From contig NC_052149.1 in assembly GCF_902713615.1 (NCBI RefSeq), positions 87,561,519 to 87,625,518 of the forward strand: 64,000 bases of DNA, read 5' to 3'. The notes beneath the pieces were generated by a model that saw only the letters and a program-made list of their open reading frames with translations, made no database searches and was not told where the DNA came from. This document shows positions 60,287-64,000 of this stretch, piece after piece. Made by a program: the position numbers and the translations under genes. This DNA comes from Scyliorhinus canicula. Taxonomy: Eukaryota. Position 1 is the first letter of the stretch. Each line of letters begins with the position of its first letter.

Positions 60287-63157
60287 CCGTCGACCTACAT
60301 CCAGTATGGAGTTGACCAATTGCTGCCTGGCCGCCCTCTCCTTTCTGTCCCTAAGTGCCCTATATGTGATTATTTCTCCCCTTATCACTGCCTTCAATGC
60401 CTCCCAGAATGTGGAGGGTGAGACCTCCTGATTCATATTGAAGGTTACATATCTCTCGATGGCCTGTGACAATTCCTCACAGAATGCCTTGTCGGCAAGG
60501 AGGGCTATGTCTAGCCTCCATGGATGTGCGTTGTGCCCGGCCCATTTCCAAACTCACATCCACTTAATGCGAAGCGTGGTCGGAGATTACAATTGTGGAA
60601 TATTCCGCCCTTACTACCCCTGGAAACACTGATTTCCCTACTACAAAGAAGACGATGAAGGAGTTTATCTTGTGGACTTGGGAGAAGAAGTGGAACTCCT
60701 TCGCCCTCGGGTGTGTGAAGTTCCATGGGTCCACCCCCTGGGTTCAGCTCTCTTGCCATGGCCGACTGCTTTGTTGAGTTGGGGCTGGATTTGTCCATCC
60801 ATAGGTCCTGAATGCAGGTAAAGTCCCCCACATGATGAATCAGTGGGAGTCTAGGTCGGGGATTTCTGCTGTGGTCTTTTTATAAAGTCTGCATCCCCTC
60901 AGTTGGGGGCGGACCATTCAGAAGCACCACTGGTGCCCCTTCCAGATCACTGCTACTCATGACATACCGTCCCCCCCCCCCCCCCCCCGTCCCCCCCCCC
61001 CCCCCGTCCCCCCCCCCGTCCCCCCCCCCGTCCCCCCCCGGGGTCTACCACCGACTTCATTGCTGTTAAGTTCATTGAACGGTATGGCCACCCCCCCTAG
61101 CCTTCATCCCATAACACACCTGGTATATCTGTCCTACCCATCCCTTTCTTACCCTCAGTCGGTCCTTCTCCCTCAGGTGTGTTTCTTGGACGACTATGTT
61201 GGCCTTCAGGCTTTTCACATGGGCAAAGATTCTGCATCTTTTCACTGGGCCGTTAAGTCCCCTGACGTTCCAGGTGACTATCCTGATGGGGGGCTTCTGT
61301 TTTCTCCCCATCCCGTGGGGTCAGCCATACTCACCATGTGGATGTGTCCCTCCACTCAGGGTTTCCCTTTGTCTGGGGATCATCCAAGATGGCCGCTGTC
61401 GGCTTCTTTTTTCTGGTCATCCCCACTTGCGACCTGTTGTAACCAATGTTCCACTCTTCGCCCCCCCCCCCTCCCCAATTCCCTCCATCCCCAACTCCTC
61501 CTACCCTCATCTACTCCCTTCCTCATGCCCATGTGGGTTTCCCATTCCCTGCTCTCCCCCAATTGCTCTCTACCCCCTTTCTCCCAGCACTGCTATTTTA
61601 CCCCTCCTCTTCTGCCAGGTGCCCCCTCTCTCTCGGGAGCTGAGTCGCGGCCCTCCCTCTCCTCTTATCTTCGTGTGCTTGCATACTTGCTCACCCAGTA
61701 GCTCCCCACCTGGGAGCGTTTCCTCCCTTCTTTGACCCATTTTTTCCGCTCCCCCTCTCCTCCCTGCTTCAGTGTCTCTTTATCCCCCCCCCCCCCCCCC
61801 CCCCCCCCCCGCCCCGTCCTCTGGGGCGTGTGAGTGGTCATTCCAGTGGACATACATGTGGGGATAAAGACATGAAAAAAACAAATAAAATCTTTTGTGA
61901 TCTCTTTGTGTCCATTACTGCTATCTTCTCAGCCCACTTTTCTGATGAAGTCCTTCGCCTCACCCAGAGTGTTGAAGTAGAACTACTTGTTGTTATAGGT
62001 TACCCACAGTTTAGCCAGGTAAAGCATTCTGAACCGTACTTTGTTATTAAATAGGTCCACCTTGGCTCCGAAGAACTCAGCCCGACCAGGTGGGTCCCAA
62101 TGTCCAGGTATATATGGATTGCATAGCCCTCCCATTTACAGGATCCCATGCTCCTCATCCAGTTTAGGAACTTCGCCTTGTCCTGGTATCTGTGGAGCTT
62201 TGCAGTGATCGCTCTTGCTGGTTCCGCTGGGGCATTTGGGCCATTGCCTGAGCAATCTGTGGGCTCTGTCCACTTCTGGGGGTTTGGGGAAGCTTTCTCC
62301 CGCATCCAATTTCTCCAGCATCCGTGCTACATAGTCCATTGGGTTCCTGCCCTCCATACACTCAGGCAGTCCAACAATCCTCAGATTTTGGCAGCAGGAT
62401 CTGTTCTCATGGTCCTCAACCTTTGAGCACTCCCTGGACCGCCACTAACCTTGCCACCTCCATCTCTAGCGCAGTCTCTAGACCGGTCACCCTGGTCGTT
62501 TTCAGCTCTCTCCAGTTCTCTCACCGTTTCTTCCTGGGTTTCCAATCACCTCTCCTTCTTTTGCAGGGCCTCTTTGAATGGGGCCAAAGCAATTGCTATG
62601 ACCACCTTCACGGTCTCCATGAGGTCCTCTTTGATGGAGTCCCTCAGCTTTACGTGCTCCAGTGCCAGGCGTTACTTAAGAACATAAGAACTAGGGGAGC
62701 AGGAGTAGGCCAACGGGCCCCTCGAGCCTGCTCCGCCATTCAATGAGATCATGGCTGATCTTTTGTGGGCTCAGCTCCACTTTCCGGTCCGAACACCATA
62801 TCCCTTAAAAAGAACATATGGGCGTTCTGCCCATTGCCCCGTCGGTGGCTGGGTGGGTGCCGGTGTCGCATCAGCGATCCCTCCCAGTCCGTCGCGCTCT
62901 GCTCGGCTTCACTCCTCGTGTCCATCGTCTGTGTCCTTCTCTCCTGGCTCTTACGACTCCTGCTGTCTTTTCTGTTCCTTGACGGATTTGAAGACGTTTT
63001 TCTTTTGGGTGGCTGTTTGTTTTGTTTTGGCTGAGGGTATGTTTTTTAAAAATCAGTTTAGTGGTCAATTTCTAGGTTTGAAGGGTCAAAGTTAAAGTTT
63101 CCTGAGGAGAGCCACCTTTTGTGCGACTGCTTAGCACATCGCCACCACTGGAAGCCC
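60287..63157 (-). mobile_element. 5' half of a second, older L1 (5' end, ORF1, spacer, ORF2 endonuclease)
   Basis: 5' GGGCTTCC(A)G..GTCGCA..GGCTC like 7102; ORF1 PPEVDRAHR, AITAKLHRYQD; ORF2 IVTWNVRGLNGPVKR, QETHL, SPSTFWEALKAVIRGEII. Confidence 0.9.
62677..62810 (-). mobile_element. CR1 3' tail inserted in the second L1 ORF1
   Basis: AAGAACATAAGAACTAGG..GCAGGAGTAGGCCA..CTCGAGCCTGCTCCGCCATTCAAT, as at ~22215. Confidence 0.75.
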
Positions 63158-63365
63158 TAACTAAGAAATATATCGCTATTCCTTCTCTGTTGCTGAATCA
63201 AAATCCTGGAACTCCCTCCCAAACAGCACTATGGGTGTAACTACTCCACATGGACTGCAGCAGTTCTAGAAAGCAGCTCACCATCACCTTCGCAAGGGCA
63301 ATTAGGGAGGGGCAATAAATGCTGGAATAGCCAGCGATGCACACATCCTGTGCAAGAATTTAAAA
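63158..63365 (+). mobile_element. CR1-like LINE 3' end
   Basis: SKSWNSLPNST.GV; GGGCAATTAGGGAGGGCAATAAATGCTGG tail; reverse of the 39300 region. Confidence 0.65.
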
Positions 63366-63879
63366 AAGACAATGAGATAAATGACCCGGACGATTTTTTT
63401 TTAATGACTTAGGTTGGGGAATAAATATTGATCGGGTTATATGCCCACCATTTATATTTAACACCCTTTCTTTTATATACAACACACCTTATACAACAAC
63501 ACCCAATGCAGCATCCCGCAGTTATATGCAGCATGGATTCATTTATTCACAACACTTCTTACTTGTTTAGTGCTCCCTCATTTATATATTATTTTAGTGA
63601 CTCATCATTCATAAACAGCATCCTTTCATTTCTATAACCATGCCTCGTCATTTATATACAGTAATACTCTTATTTATATAAAGTAACATCTCACTTCTGT
63701 TACTACACTGTCGCTTGGGTACTAATTGGGTACTAAAAGTGGATTATGCACAGGATACTTACAAGAGACCACTCCGTATTCATGATCAGAGTTGAGGTAC
63801 ATTAAAGAGCGGGAGAGAAATAAAGAGAACAAAGTTGCTGTGAAATAAGTACATTGTGATTCATGTTCGACAATGCCGT

Positions 63880-64000
63880 GGGCAGCACAGCGCCAGGGTC
63901 CCATGTTCGATTCTGGCTTGGGTCACTGTCTGTGCGGAGTCTGCACATCCTCCCCGTGTGTGAGTGGGTTTCCTCCGGGTGCTCCGGTTTCCTCCCACAG
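63880..64000 (+). mobile_element. HE1/V-SINE-type SINE running off the window end
   Basis: CACAGCGCCAGGGTCCCATGTTCGATTCTGGCTTGGGTCACTGTCTGTGCGGAGTCTGCAC. Confidence 0.85.

Noticed and set aside
33905-63157. L1 pieces at 33905-36405 and 60287-63157 as halves of one element split by a giant LTR insertion
   Set aside because: The adjoining LTRs are unrelated, about 30 codons are missing, no TSD is seen, and the interval holds much unrelated sequence.

Overview
Repeat-dense, apparently non-genic (intronic or intergenic) vertebrate DNA. The HE1/V-SINE-type tRNA SINEs and the LINE repertoire point to a cartilaginous fish, probably a shark (inference). I found no host protein-coding gene, rRNA, bona fide tRNA or CRISPR array. 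The centrepiece is a young, full-length ~7.06-kb L1-clade LINE (7097-14157, +). It has an 11-bp TSD, a tandem-repeat 5' UTR, an intact ORF1, an ORF2 broken by a single TAG, and a ~785-nt inter-ORF spacer. It sits inside a Gypsy-type solo LTR. The rest is a mosaic of truncated L1, CR1, Rex1/Babar, RTE and Penelope-like retroelements, decayed Gypsy elements and solo LTRs, Harbinger transposase remnants and MITEs, and SINEs, with a deep nested stack at ~52-63.4 kb. Best candidates for new biology: (1) the L1 spacer ends in three 78-nt repeats that fold into a stem-loop whose pairing is kept by compensatory changes, also present in a second, divergent L1 in the window, followed by an AUG-NN-stop overlap at ORF2 and bridged by an open spacer ORF; this may be a translation-coupling or IRES-like system; (2) a 177-bp Penelope-derived mini-element carrying a minimal hammerhead ribozyme. 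All family assignments come from motif recognition, not database searches, and boundaries of old elements are approximate.
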